A DNA stretch of 32,000 nt from Fibrobacter succinogenes subsp. succinogenes S85 (lineage in GTDB: Bacteria > Fibrobacterota > Fibrobacteria > Fibrobacterales > Fibrobacteraceae): the NCBI RefSeq assembly GCF_000146505.1, contig NC_017448.1, forward strand, positions 2,730,001-2,762,000. The letters run 5' to 3'. The notes under the pieces are model-generated. The model saw only the letters and a program-made list of their open reading frames with translations. It was not told where the DNA came from and did not search any database. The translations under genes were made by a program, and so were the position numbers. Of this stretch, positions 16,601 to 24,521 are shown piece by piece (the first letter of the stretch is position 1; each line of letters opens with the position of its first letter).

Positions 16601-16653
16601 GTCATGCCCGCCGGAGCCTGTGCTGAGCGCGGTCGAAGTAAGCGGGCATCTCC
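16601..16653. repeat. GTCAT...ATCTCC hairpin element
   Basis: GTC-ATGCCCGC-(30-nt loop containing GCTGAGCGCGGTCGAAG)-GCGGGCAT-CTCC. The 8-bp perfect stem is the same stem sequence as the elements at 20641 and 24335. Confidence 0.6.
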
Positions 16654-16709
16654 TTATATACTTGTAATTGCGTTACATCGCGCTTGATTATAATTACTAA
16701 ATTGACTGT

Positions 16710-18092
16710 ATGATTTCTAGTATTTTGAATAATTTATTGATGTTTATTTTGGGGCTCCTGGCGTTGAGCTTCCTCGTGACGATTCACGAACTGGGTCATT
16801 TTATTGTCGCCAAGTGGAACAAGGTCCGCGTTAATACTTTCTCTGTGGGCTTTGGCAAAAAGCTTTTCCGATTCAAGAAAGGCGAGACGGAATATTGCAT
16901 CTCGGCGATTCCCTTTGGCGGCTATGTTGCCATGGCGGGTGAAAATCCGGATAGCATTGAAGATGGTAAAGGTCCTTCGCAAGATGATTTTCTGGGAAAG
17001 TCTGTTGGCGCTCGCGCAGCGATTGCGTTTGCGGGTCCATTTGTGAATATCGCATTTGCATTTATTCTTTTGATTTTCCTTTACATGGTCGGCGTCCAGG
17101 AACCGGATAACAAGAACCTTATCATCGGTTTTGTGGCGAAAAATTCTTCTGCCGAAATTGCAGGCATCCAGCCGGGCGATACGATTACCGCTATCAATGG
17201 CAAGGAAACGCAAGGTTGGGACGATTTCCGCGAACAGATTGGCGTGAGCCTTGGTGCCGATGTGATGCTTGAAGTACATCGTGGCGGCGAACCGCTTGCC
17301 ATTAAGGTCGTTCCGCAAGAACTCGTGATTCCGGCTGCAGATTCCACATCCGACCCGATTAAAATGGGCATTGGCGATATCGGCATTTATCCGCGCAACC
17401 GCGTGATAGTCCGTTTGCCACCTAAAGAAGGTTCTGCAGCGCAAAAAGCGGGAATCATGCGTGGTGACACGATTTTTGAAATCAATGGTGAACATATTTC
17501 GCGTTACGAAGAAGTTGTTCGTTTGATTGATGGTTCCAAAGGTGCCGAAGTCAACGTGACGCTTTTGCGCGATGGCAAGAAAGTTGACGTGAAGATGACG
17601 CCCGCTTACAATGAAGAATTCAAACGCTACATTGTAGGTATCCAGATGGGCTATGTGATGTTTAGTGAAACGCATCTTGTGCGTCGTGGTCCGATTGAAG
17701 CTTTTGAAAAGACTTGCGCTACGAGCTGGAAAATGACGACGAGCATCTTCCGCTATTTCAAGCGTTTGTTCCAAGGCCAGGTCAAGGTTGACGCATTCTC
17801 CGGTCCGGTCTCAATTGTCGCCGTGATGGGCAACGTGTGGATGAGCGGTTTCCAGGACTTCCTCATGCTTCTTGCGCTTATCAGCATTAACCTCGGCGTG
17901 ATGAACTTGCTCCCGCTTGCCATTACCGATGGCGGTCTCCTCTTGTTCCTCGGCATAGAAAAAGTGCGCGGCAAGCCTCTGAGCCTCAAGACACAATCCG
18001 TAATCCAGAACGTCGCGGCGGCTTTCTTCATCAGCTTCTTTGTGTTCATCACGATTCTTGATTTCGGGAAAATCTCGCTCTTCTTGAAATAA
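16710..18092 (+). CDS. rseP: RIP (site-2) zinc metalloprotease
   Basis: HELGHFIVA in TM1. Two PDZ-like segments (AEIAGIQPGDTITAINGKE; AQKAGIMRGDTIFEINGEH). C-terminal MNLLPLAITDGG motif. Confidence 0.92.
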   Translation: MISSILNNLLMFILGLLALSFLVTIHELGHFIVAKWNKVRVNTFSVGFGKKLFRFKKGETEYCISAIPFGGYVAMAGENPDSIEDGKGPSQDDFLGKSVGARAAIAFAGPFVNIAFAFILLIFLYMVGVQEPDNKNLIIGFVAKNSSAEIAGIQPGDTITAINGKETQGWDDFREQIGVSLGADVMLEVHRGGEPLAIKVVPQELVIPAADSTSDPIKMGIGDIGIYPRNRVIVRLPPKEGSAAQKAGIMRGDTIFEINGEHISRYEEVVRLIDGSKGAEVNVTLLRDGKKVDVKMTPAYNEEFKRYIVGIQMGYVMFSETHLVRRGPIEAFEKTCATSWKMTTSIFRYFKRLFQGQVKVDAFSGPVSIVAVMGNVWMSGFQDFLMLLALISINLGVMNLLPLAITDGGLLLFLGIEKVRGKPLSLKTQSVIQNVAAAFFISFFVFITILDFGKISLFLK

Positions 18093-18097
18093 AAATT

Positions 18098-18140
18098 GGC
18101 GGCCATTGAGCCGCCTTTACTGTCTTCCCCTAACGGGGAA
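18098..18140. terminator. Two adjacent hairpins between the convergent rseP and the cupin gene
   Basis: GGCGGC-CATTGA-GCCGCC followed by TTT on the + strand (AATTTTT on the - strand), then TTCCCC-TAAC-GGGGAA followed by TTT. Confidence 0.5.
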
Positions 18141-18147
18141 TTTCCAT

Positions 18148-18513
18148 TTATCTCGCCTGCATGTACGCGTACGCGAAATTCATCGGCGGCGTACTGATGC
18201 AAATGTATTCAAAAATCTCGGGTCCCATATTGCGCAACCCGTGAATTTCCTTTTCTGCAAAGCGCACGACGTCGCCTGCTTCAAACGGAACTTCCTTATC
18301 GTCGGCGAGTAACAGGACTCCACGGCCCTGAACCGCGACCCATACCTGTTCCGACGTATAATGCTTATGGCGCGGCTGTTCTGCACCCGGCATCACAGAA
18401 ACTTTCGTGACCGAAACCTTTTCTGATCTGCTGTTCTCGGGCGTGAGCAACTGTGCAGACTCCACTCCGGGGTTGCACAAAACCGTTATGTCGTACTTTT
18501 TAATCAGTTCCAT
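18148..18513 (-). CDS. Cupin domain protein
   Basis: 121 aa. PGAEQPRHKHYTSEQVWVAVQGRGVLL...FEAGDVVRFAEKEIHGLRN fits the two-motif cupin pattern. Confidence 0.8.
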   Translation of the reverse strand: MELIKKYDITVLCNPGVESAQLLTPENSRSEKVSVTKVSVMPGAEQPRHKHYTSEQVWVAVQGRGVLLLADDKEVPFEAGDVVRFAEKEIHGLRNMGPEIFEYICISTPPMNFAYAYMQAR

Positions 18514-18555
18514 TTCGTTTGCAAAGATAGCTCTTTTTTGAATCTTTGTGGCGCG

Positions 18556-20343
18556 CTACCCGTTTATCAGGTACCACAAAAATATTCTCCAGCCATTGAT
18601 GGTCTTGGTACGCTCTTCTTCGCTTGCTCCGTTTTGAATGAACCCGAAATCGTTTCCAACGGCTTGGTGCAACAGGGCTACAAGTACATCAACGACAACT
18701 TGGGGCGTGTAATGCCTTGAAGGCTGTGTTGCGCCTGGGTAGTTGTTTTGTAACGTGATGCTTTTTATAGCGAGTTCCCTGCGGTCATCCATTTGACAGA
18801 TTATTGCAGGGAGTGCGTGTCTACCTAGTTTCTCTAATTGTGTGTAGGCGTCTTCTGCTTTTGAGGCTACTAGCATATCTTCAATAAGCGCTTTTACGGA
18901 ATCAGCGTGTTGTGTAATCGGGCAAGCTTCCGCGTAGAGCTTGTTTTCAATGATGTCTTTTTGCTTTGCAATTTCGTTGAGGACTCTTGTCTTGTTTTCG
19001 TCATTTTCTAGTAAAATGGATTTAGAGGTGCTTCGTGCGAAGGCAAACTGTGCCGGATTCGTGTAGCTAATGTTTATCGGAGCAATGATTTTCTGACCAT
19101 TGAATAAAACGAGGTTTGAATCGTTACAACGATTAGTTTTTTCATCTTTGCTACAGATTGTTTTTCGGATGATGATTTCTTTTGCTTGAAGGCCTCCCTT
19201 AAAAACAGAATCTACGGTAAATTTGAATTCATAGAATGCTGTTTTGGAATTTCTGATTTCGTTGATTTTGTTTGTGTCAACGTTGAGTGTGCCGGATACA
19301 ATATACTGGGAGCCTGCAATGTATCTCCAAAAATCATCTTTTAGAACAGACTTGTTGTGGTGACTTTTTGCTATTTTGTTTAAAACGCCTATTTTCTTTG
19401 AAACGCTTTTCCATGCCTCAATAGAATCATTGAATGTACTCGAAGAATAATTACTGGCAATACCGATATCGTAGCCATAAATGATGGCGATGAATAGGTT
19501 TTCGTCTTCTTCAAATGTAAATCCAGAGTCAAAAATAATTTTTGCAATTTTTACGGCCAACAATGTGTCGTTTTCGTCTTTGTTTTTCTTGGTGGCGGAG
19601 ACTTGGATGAGCTTGGTTTGTGTAGTCTCTCCGTTGAAATTTGTGGTTTCGGTTTTGTTACGGTACATGGTTATACTTGAAATCGGGAGCTCTTGGCTTG
19701 CGACGCTAACAATCTTTTGCATGTCCTTAACATATATAAGCTTGTTTGAAACTGCAGAACTGCCTGCGAAGACTACTGCTAAAATTAAAATCGGCAGTGC
19801 GAATCCTGCATAAAGAATTGCCTTGTTGTTGGTAAAGTCGATACTACCTTCACTTTTGGCAGAGATGACGTAAGTCTTGGCAATCAAGTCGTGTAAGGAC
19901 TGCAAGGATTTGTTGTTGGCTATGGCAAAGTAAACTTCAAGAATTGGAATTGAAAATAGGATTGTGCCGAGAATGAGACTTGGATAAAGGTCCGTAGAAT
20001 CAGAAACCGGCAAGCCGTTTAGCAAAATGTAAAGGGCAAAAGGCAATGCTCTCAAAATTGCTTTCGCAACAGAAATGTAATTGGAATTTTTGTCTACAAC
20101 GCGAATATTTAACAGCATCTTTCCGAGCGTCTGCCCGTTCATAAGCTTACTGTTGCAAATCCCGAAATAAAGTAGAATGGTCGCGACGCCGATTGCTTTC
20201 CCGTAACTCCCGAGTTGCAAAAGCGCATCTTCAAATGACCATCCGATCATATTGCCGAATACGCCGATGATTAAGGCATCTATCAAAAATGCGAAAAATC
20301 TTCTCTTTCGTGTGGCCAATTTTATGGCGGTTGTCTCATCCAT
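18556..20343 (-). CDS. RDD-family membrane protein with a large unassigned C-terminal domain
   Basis: 595 aa. The N-terminal RKRRFFAFLIDALIIGVFGNMIGW plus further hydrophobic helices resemble the RDD domain. The following ~400 aa match nothing I recognise. AAGGAG lies 8 nt upstream of the ATG. The gene is visibly more AT-rich than the flanking core genes. Confidence 0.75.
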   Translation of the reverse strand: MDETTAIKLATRKRRFFAFLIDALIIGVFGNMIGWSFEDALLQLGSYGKAIGVATILLYFGICNSKLMNGQTLGKMLLNIRVVDKNSNYISVAKAILRALPFALYILLNGLPVSDSTDLYPSLILGTILFSIPILEVYFAIANNKSLQSLHDLIAKTYVISAKSEGSIDFTNNKAILYAGFALPILILAVVFAGSSAVSNKLIYVKDMQKIVSVASQELPISSITMYRNKTETTNFNGETTQTKLIQVSATKKNKDENDTLLAVKIAKIIFDSGFTFEEDENLFIAIIYGYDIGIASNYSSSTFNDSIEAWKSVSKKIGVLNKIAKSHHNKSVLKDDFWRYIAGSQYIVSGTLNVDTNKINEIRNSKTAFYEFKFTVDSVFKGGLQAKEIIIRKTICSKDEKTNRCNDSNLVLFNGQKIIAPINISYTNPAQFAFARSTSKSILLENDENKTRVLNEIAKQKDIIENKLYAEACPITQHADSVKALIEDMLVASKAEDAYTQLEKLGRHALPAIICQMDDRRELAIKSITLQNNYPGATQPSRHYTPQVVVDVLVALLHQAVGNDFGFIQNGASEEERTKTINGWRIFLWYLING

Positions 20344-20367
20344 TATTTTTCTCCTTCTCGTAAAAAA

Positions 20368-20643
20368 TTAAGCTTGCATCCCGAGAACGGCACGGGCGAT
20401 CTGGTCTGCGCAAGAGGTCGGCTTTCCGCCACAGGTGTTTCCGAGCAGCTTGGCTGCAATGTCTTCGGCTTTCATGCCTTCGCAAAGTTTTGCAATCGCC
20501 TTGAGGTTCCCGTTGCATCCTCCTGTAAAGCGGATGTTGCGGATGATGTCTCCGTCACGCGTGAACTGAATCGTCGTTGCGCATGTGCCTTTTGTCTTGA
20601 ATGTCTCTTCCATAATAAACCCGTTGTTTGTTTTGTATGTCAT
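20368..20643 (-). CDS. TSCPD-domain small protein (TIGR03905-like four-Cys family)
   Basis: MTYKTNNGFIMEETFKTKGTCATTIQFTRDGDIIRNIRFTGGCNGNLKAIAKLCEGM...CGGKPTSCADQIARAV. I chose the ATG at 20643 over the track's upstream GTG at 20652. Confidence 0.8.
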   Translation of the reverse strand: MTYKTNNGFIMEETFKTKGTCATTIQFTRDGDIIRNIRFTGGCNGNLKAIAKLCEGMKAEDIAAKLLGNTCGGKPTSCADQIARAVLGMQA

Positions 20644-20725
20644 GCCCGCCACTGAACGGGCATCTCCTTTACATTGTTATTCCGGCCTACCTGTCCTCGC
20701 TTGACGGGGACGAGCCGGAATCTCC
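20641..20725. repeat. Two tandem GTCAT/GTTAT...ATCTCC hairpin elements in the TSCPD/flavoprotein divergent intergenic region
   Basis: Element A, 20641-20667: ATGCCCG-CCACTGAA-CGGGCAT-CTCC, overlapping the TSCPD start codon. Element B, 20676-20725: ATTCCGGC-(27-nt loop)-GCCGGAAT-CTCC. Confidence 0.6.
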
Positions 20726-20845
20726 TTGAAAGGACCTTTTTCCCGCGTTAAATATAGAATGTCTTGTCACTGAACGTGGCGACATGGCAATATTGAGTTT
20801 ATTTTTATAGATTATAGCAACAAACTATATGGCAATGGTTTAGGT

Positions 20846-21379
20846 ATGAATATTCTTGTTCTTTCGGGTAGCCCGCGCAAGGGCGGCAATACGGATTTGC
20901 TGGTAGAATCGTTTGTGAAGGGAGCTTCGCAAAAGCATCAAGTCGAAGTCGTTTCGGTTCACGATTACAAAGTCAATCCTTGTATTGGTTGCAATTCGTG
21001 CTTTGCCCGCGAAGACCACAAGTGCTGCCAGAAAGATGATATGCATATCGTCTACGATAAAATGGCGAATGCCGAAATGCTCGTGATTGCATCGCCGGTG
21101 TATTTCTATGGGTTGAGCGCCCAGCTGAAGACTGTCATTGACCGTTTCCACAATCCGGTTCGGGATACTTTTCACATCCACAAGATGGCGCTCCTCTTGG
21201 TGGGCGCGGCATCGCTCCCGGAACTGTTCAACGGCATCCTCACGCAGTACAAGCTTTGCCTCAACTTCTTCAAGCTGCAGGACATGGGCCAGGTGCTTGT
21301 GCGTGGCGCAAAAGATAAAGGCGATGTCAAGAACGGAGACTCTCTCCAGAAAGCTTTTGAGTTAGGACAAAATCTTTAA
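20846..21379 (+). CDS. Flavodoxin-like fold NAD(P)H-dependent FMN reductase / iron-sulfur flavoprotein-like protein
   Basis: MNILVLSGSPRKGGNTDLLVESF..., a Cys cluster CIGCNSC...CC, and LVIASPVYFYGLSAQLKTVIDRF, typical of the FMN_red/Isf family. Confidence 0.85.
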   Translation: MNILVLSGSPRKGGNTDLLVESFVKGASQKHQVEVVSVHDYKVNPCIGCNSCFAREDHKCCQKDDMHIVYDKMANAEMLVIASPVYFYGLSAQLKTVIDRFHNPVRDTFHIHKMALLLVGAASLPELFNGILTQYKLCLNFFKLQDMGQVLVRGAKDKGDVKNGDSLQKAFELGQNL

Positions 21380-21442
21380 TTGTTTCGGAAAATACGAATA
21401 TACGCCTCTCCCTAAAAATGTTAATTTAGGGAGGGGTGTTGT

Positions 21443-24157
21443 ATGATTGTATTTACGTCAATTCATAAAATGCTGTGCAGAATAACATTGCCAATTCTGG
21501 TAATGTTTTTTTGGGGATGCAGCGATAGCGAAGGTATTTCAAAAAAAGAGGCCTCTTCCGAAGAAGAAGTTCCTGTAGAAGGCTTTGCTTATATTCACTC
21601 AAAAGGAAAGACAACTGTTCTTGGGACAATGTCGAAAACAGCGAAAGCCGATGAACAACCTGCCATGAAGGTTTATTTCGACTACGATTTCTGTGTCGGG
21701 GTCCACGAGGTGACTCAAGGCGAATTTGGCCAACTGATGAATCGTTCCTTCAAGAAGGATTCTTTTGATTATCCGCAAGCAAATGTGACATTTTATGATG
21801 CGGTCCTGTACGCGAATGCTTTGAGCAAAAAATATAAGATGGATACGGTTTATACCTATAGCAAAGCTCAATTTGCTGAAGATAAGTCGTGCGAAAATCT
21901 CGTTGGTTTGAAGACGAATTATGATGTTTGGGGCTTTCGCTTGCCGACCGAGGCCGAATGGATGTTTGTCGCCAATACTCGTTCTGACGACATTAGTGGA
22001 AAACTCAAGGAATGGGTGAACGACTGGAAGGGCTTTTTTGCCGATACGACTATTGAAAACTTTGTTGGCGCAGCGAATGCCAACGGAATGGACGAAAAAA
22101 TCCTCAAGGGAAGCTCGTTTGTAAAGGAAAATGTCCCACTATATGCTCGCGGAGATTTCTATACGGTGACGCCCCTTTCGAAGGCGGAATATGTTGGCTT
22201 TCGTCTGGTTTGGGGAAAGATTGAAAATGCGGTTTGGTTCAATCCTTCGAGTGGTGCGGTAACGTCGGTTGTTACTCCGTTAGCCTTGGCGGAAAATATT
22301 CGCAATCTGTTCGGAACCTATCAGGCTAAGCTTGTTTTCCGAAATGACGAAACCGGTAATATTGCCTACATTAATTACGCGAATGCGGCAAATTCCGTTG
22401 TGGAGATACAGGACGATATTGATTCGTACCATCCCGATGTTTCTCCCGATGGCAAGTATGTTGCGTTCTGTACGGGGCTTGAAGGTGTCGCGGGCGAGTC
22501 GTCGGTGTATGTTCGCAAATTAGAAGAGTCTGGCTCGGGGCTTGTCAAGTTGAATGTTGAGGGGGCGGCAATTCCGCGATGGCGAATCTTGGATAATGGC
22601 GATACCGTGATTGTTTTTGTTACAAATCCGGGAACGAATAAGTCTGAATCGACTTGGAACGAATATAGTACATGGTATGTTCCATTTAAAGATGGAAAAT
22701 TTGGAACGCCGAAAAAAGTGCTCCAGGGAAGTTTTCATGGCGGACTTTCCTTTGAAAAAGGTTTTGCCGTGACAGGGGCGTCCTTGTTGCGTGCAACACG
22801 GTTTACGGATAAATCGCAAAATAATGAGTTGTGGTATAATGGAGAGCAGGCCTGTAATGTTTCGCTTTCAAGGGATGGCCGTGATAGAACGATGTTCCTT
22901 GACTTTGCGGGAAAAACGGGTGCTGCGTTTGTGGGTAAGAAATATTCCGTACATGAAATGTTGCTGATTGCGGACAGTACAGGGAAGCTGGTGCAGTCGA
23001 TAGAGTCGCCGAAGGGCTATACGTTTGATCATGCGGAATGGGTGGCCGATAAAAATTTCGCGGTTGCTACGCTTGCCAATGCAAACGGTGTACACCAGAA
23101 AATTGCACTGGTGGATGTTGCCTCTAATAAGGTTATGGAACTTGCGGAAGGCTCTGAACTCTGGCACCCCTGCCTGTGGGTAAAGCAGAAGAAAATTGTA
23201 ACGCAAGAAAGTTCTTCTTCGAGTAAAACCGTTGAATCTTCGACGTCGGCTGAAATTTTGTTTGTTCTAGATCCTGATAGCGCTGGAATGTACCTGAATT
23301 CCAAATACGGGGCTGTGGGCAACGGCCTGATGCGTAACAATATGGAACTCCTGTGGAATTTCCACGACCAGGCGAATGTCATTGTGCTTGGATCTTCTAG
23401 GCCCCTAGATGGCATTGTTCCTAAGCAGTTTAATGAAAAATTCTTTGTCCTGAATTTGGCGCAGACGCCGAGCGGTATTTATGAGTCTAAGTTCTACCTA
23501 GACCATTATGTTTACCCGCATGTCAAGAATTTGCGCTATATTATTTTGTCGCTGGATTATGATTTGTGGCGCTATGGGCCGGAATCGGACCATAATTTCT
23601 TCTATTCGAACTACAAGAGTTTCCCGGGCTATATCTATGACAAAAATCATGGATACTGGGCGTCAGGGATTCCAGAAGGGCTTGCTGAACTGACCGAAGA
23701 CGGGTATAGCGACCAGAATGGGGTGGCCTTGAGGGAAAACATGGGCTATTGGTCGGTAGGAAGTTGCAATGGATGGGGAACTAGTGTTTGTGGCTGGGAT
23801 TCGACTTCGCTTACTCCGCGTGGTATTAAAATGGCGATGGATACTCTTGTTAATCTCATTGAAACGGCGGATAAGCGGGATATATACGTCATAGGGATAG
23901 TTTTCCCTGTGAGTCCGAATTATAAGAAAACAGGTCGTTTCGCCTGTTATGGCACGCGCCGAAGTGTAGCCGATTCTTTGACGAAGGTCTTGACCGCCAT
24001 GCATGAGAAATACCCTCATTTTATTGTGATGGACGAAAACAAGATGGGTGATCATGATTATCCAGATAGTATGGCAGATGATCAGCAGCACCTTTGCCCT
24101 GTTGGTGCAACACAGATGACGCACCGTGTTGATTCGCTCTTAATGACGCTCGATTAG
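21443..24157 (+). CDS. Large lipoprotein: FGE/SUMF1-like domain, PD40/TolB-like beta-propeller segment and SGNH-like C-terminal region
   Basis: Lipobox FFWGC. FGE-like motifs: VGVHEVTQGEFGQLM, GFRLPTEAEWMFVAN, LKEWVNDW and YVGFRLVWG. SYHPDVSPDGKYVAFCT is a PD40-type repeat. The C-terminal part has VIVLGSSRP and DDQQHLCPVGA (GDS-like and DxxH-like). The size and architecture recall the Fibrobacter paralogous family TIGR02171 (from memory, unverified). Confidence 0.85.
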   Translation: MIVFTSIHKMLCRITLPILVMFFWGCSDSEGISKKEASSEEEVPVEGFAYIHSKGKTTVLGTMSKTAKADEQPAMKVYFDYDFCVGVHEVTQGEFGQLMNRSFKKDSFDYPQANVTFYDAVLYANALSKKYKMDTVYTYSKAQFAEDKSCENLVGLKTNYDVWGFRLPTEAEWMFVANTRSDDISGKLKEWVNDWKGFFADTTIENFVGAANANGMDEKILKGSSFVKENVPLYARGDFYTVTPLSKAEYVGFRLVWGKIENAVWFNPSSGAVTSVVTPLALAENIRNLFGTYQAKLVFRNDETGNIAYINYANAANSVVEIQDDIDSYHPDVSPDGKYVAFCTGLEGVAGESSVYVRKLEESGSGLVKLNVEGAAIPRWRILDNGDTVIVFVTNPGTNKSESTWNEYSTWYVPFKDGKFGTPKKVLQGSFHGGLSFEKGFAVTGASLLRATRFTDKSQNNELWYNGEQACNVSLSRDGRDRTMFLDFAGKTGAAFVGKKYSVHEMLLIADSTGKLVQSIESPKGYTFDHAEWVADKNFAVATLANANGVHQKIALVDVASNKVMELAEGSELWHPCLWVKQKKIVTQESSSSSKTVESSTSAEILFVLDPDSAGMYLNSKYGAVGNGLMRNNMELLWNFHDQANVIVLGSSRPLDGIVPKQFNEKFFVLNLAQTPSGIYESKFYLDHYVYPHVKNLRYIILSLDYDLWRYGPESDHNFFYSNYKSFPGYIYDKNHGYWASGIPEGLAELTEDGYSDQNGVALRENMGYWSVGSCNGWGTSVCGWDSTSLTPRGIKMAMDTLVNLIETADKRDIYVIGIVFPVSPNYKKTGRFACYGTRRSVADSLTKVLTAMHEKYPHFIVMDENKMGDHDYPDSMADDQQHLCPVGATQMTHRVDSLLMTLD

Positions 24158-24171
24158 GAGTCGTCTCTTTA

Positions 24172-24339
24172 TTACGCTTCTAGTTTTGCAATCGCCTTGA
24201 GGTTGCCGTTGCATCCGCCCGTAAAGCGGATGTTCCTAATTTTGTCTCCATCGCGCGTAAACTGGATCATCGTCGCGCATGTGCCTTTTGTCTGGAATGT
24301 TTCTTCCATAATAAACTCGTTGTTTGTTTTGTATGTCAT
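24172..24339 (-). pseudogene. Truncated second copy of the TSCPD gene (55 codons, loses the TSC(P/A)D-containing C-terminus)
   Basis: Reads MTYKTNNEFIMEETFQTKGTCATMIQFTRDGDKIRNIRFTGGCNGNLKAIAKLEA*. Homology to 20368..20643 ends abruptly at the duplication boundary (24182). Confidence 0.7.
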
Positions 24340-24400
24340 GCCCGCCACTGAACGGGCATCTCCTTTACATTGTCATTCCGGCCTTCGAACCGGAATCTCC
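24335..24400. repeat. Second pair of GTCAT...ATCTCC hairpin elements
   Basis: Element A' (24335-24363) is identical to 20641-20667. Element B' (24372-24400) is ATTCCGG-CCTTCGAA-CCGGAAT-CTCC, the same stem as B with an 8-nt loop instead of 27 nt. Confidence 0.6.
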
Positions 24401-24521
24401 TTGAAAGGAATTGCTTTTTTACATTAAATATAGAATGTCTTACCGCGTGGCATGGCTCTTTAACAATTTTGAGTTTGTTTTTATAGATTATAGCAACAAA
24501 CTATATGGCAATGGTTTAGGT

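Larger units (their letters stand above)
20486..21379 (+). repeat. Segmental duplication, copy 1 (intact): 5' part of TSCPD gene, intergenic region and flavoprotein gene
   Basis: Aligns by eye with 24182..24725. 20486-21007 matches 24182-24683, and 21344-21379 matches about 24690-24725. There are scattered substitutions, roughly one in twelve positions by my manual count. Confidence 0.8.

Noticed and set aside
20641-20667. Mini-ORFs inside the hairpin elements on the minus strand, e.g. ATG CCC GTT CAG TGG CGG GCA TGA (MPVQWRA*) overlapping the TSCPD ATG by ATGA, and a 15-codon one in 16601-16653
   Set aside because: The start and stop arise automatically from the palindrome ends (ATG...CAT-GA). 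The GGAG directly abuts the ATG, which is too close to serve it. Copies after the GH9 terminators have no downstream gene. A leader-peptide role cannot be excluded for the TSCPD copy but is not supported.
24372-24400. Hairpin B' (minus strand TTCCGGTTCGAAGGCCGGAA) resembles a tRNA T-arm, similar to the T-arm of the tRNA-Arg at 30933-31004
   Set aside because: No acceptor, D or anticodon arms flank it, so it is not a tRNA or an obvious tRNA fragment. The GGTTCGAA similarity may be coincidental.
24411-24521. Upstream extension of ORF 24411..24725 (MLFYIKYRMSYRV...)
   Set aside because: The extension crosses the duplicated promoter and intergenic sequence. Homology to the intact flavoprotein gene begins at the ATG at 24522.
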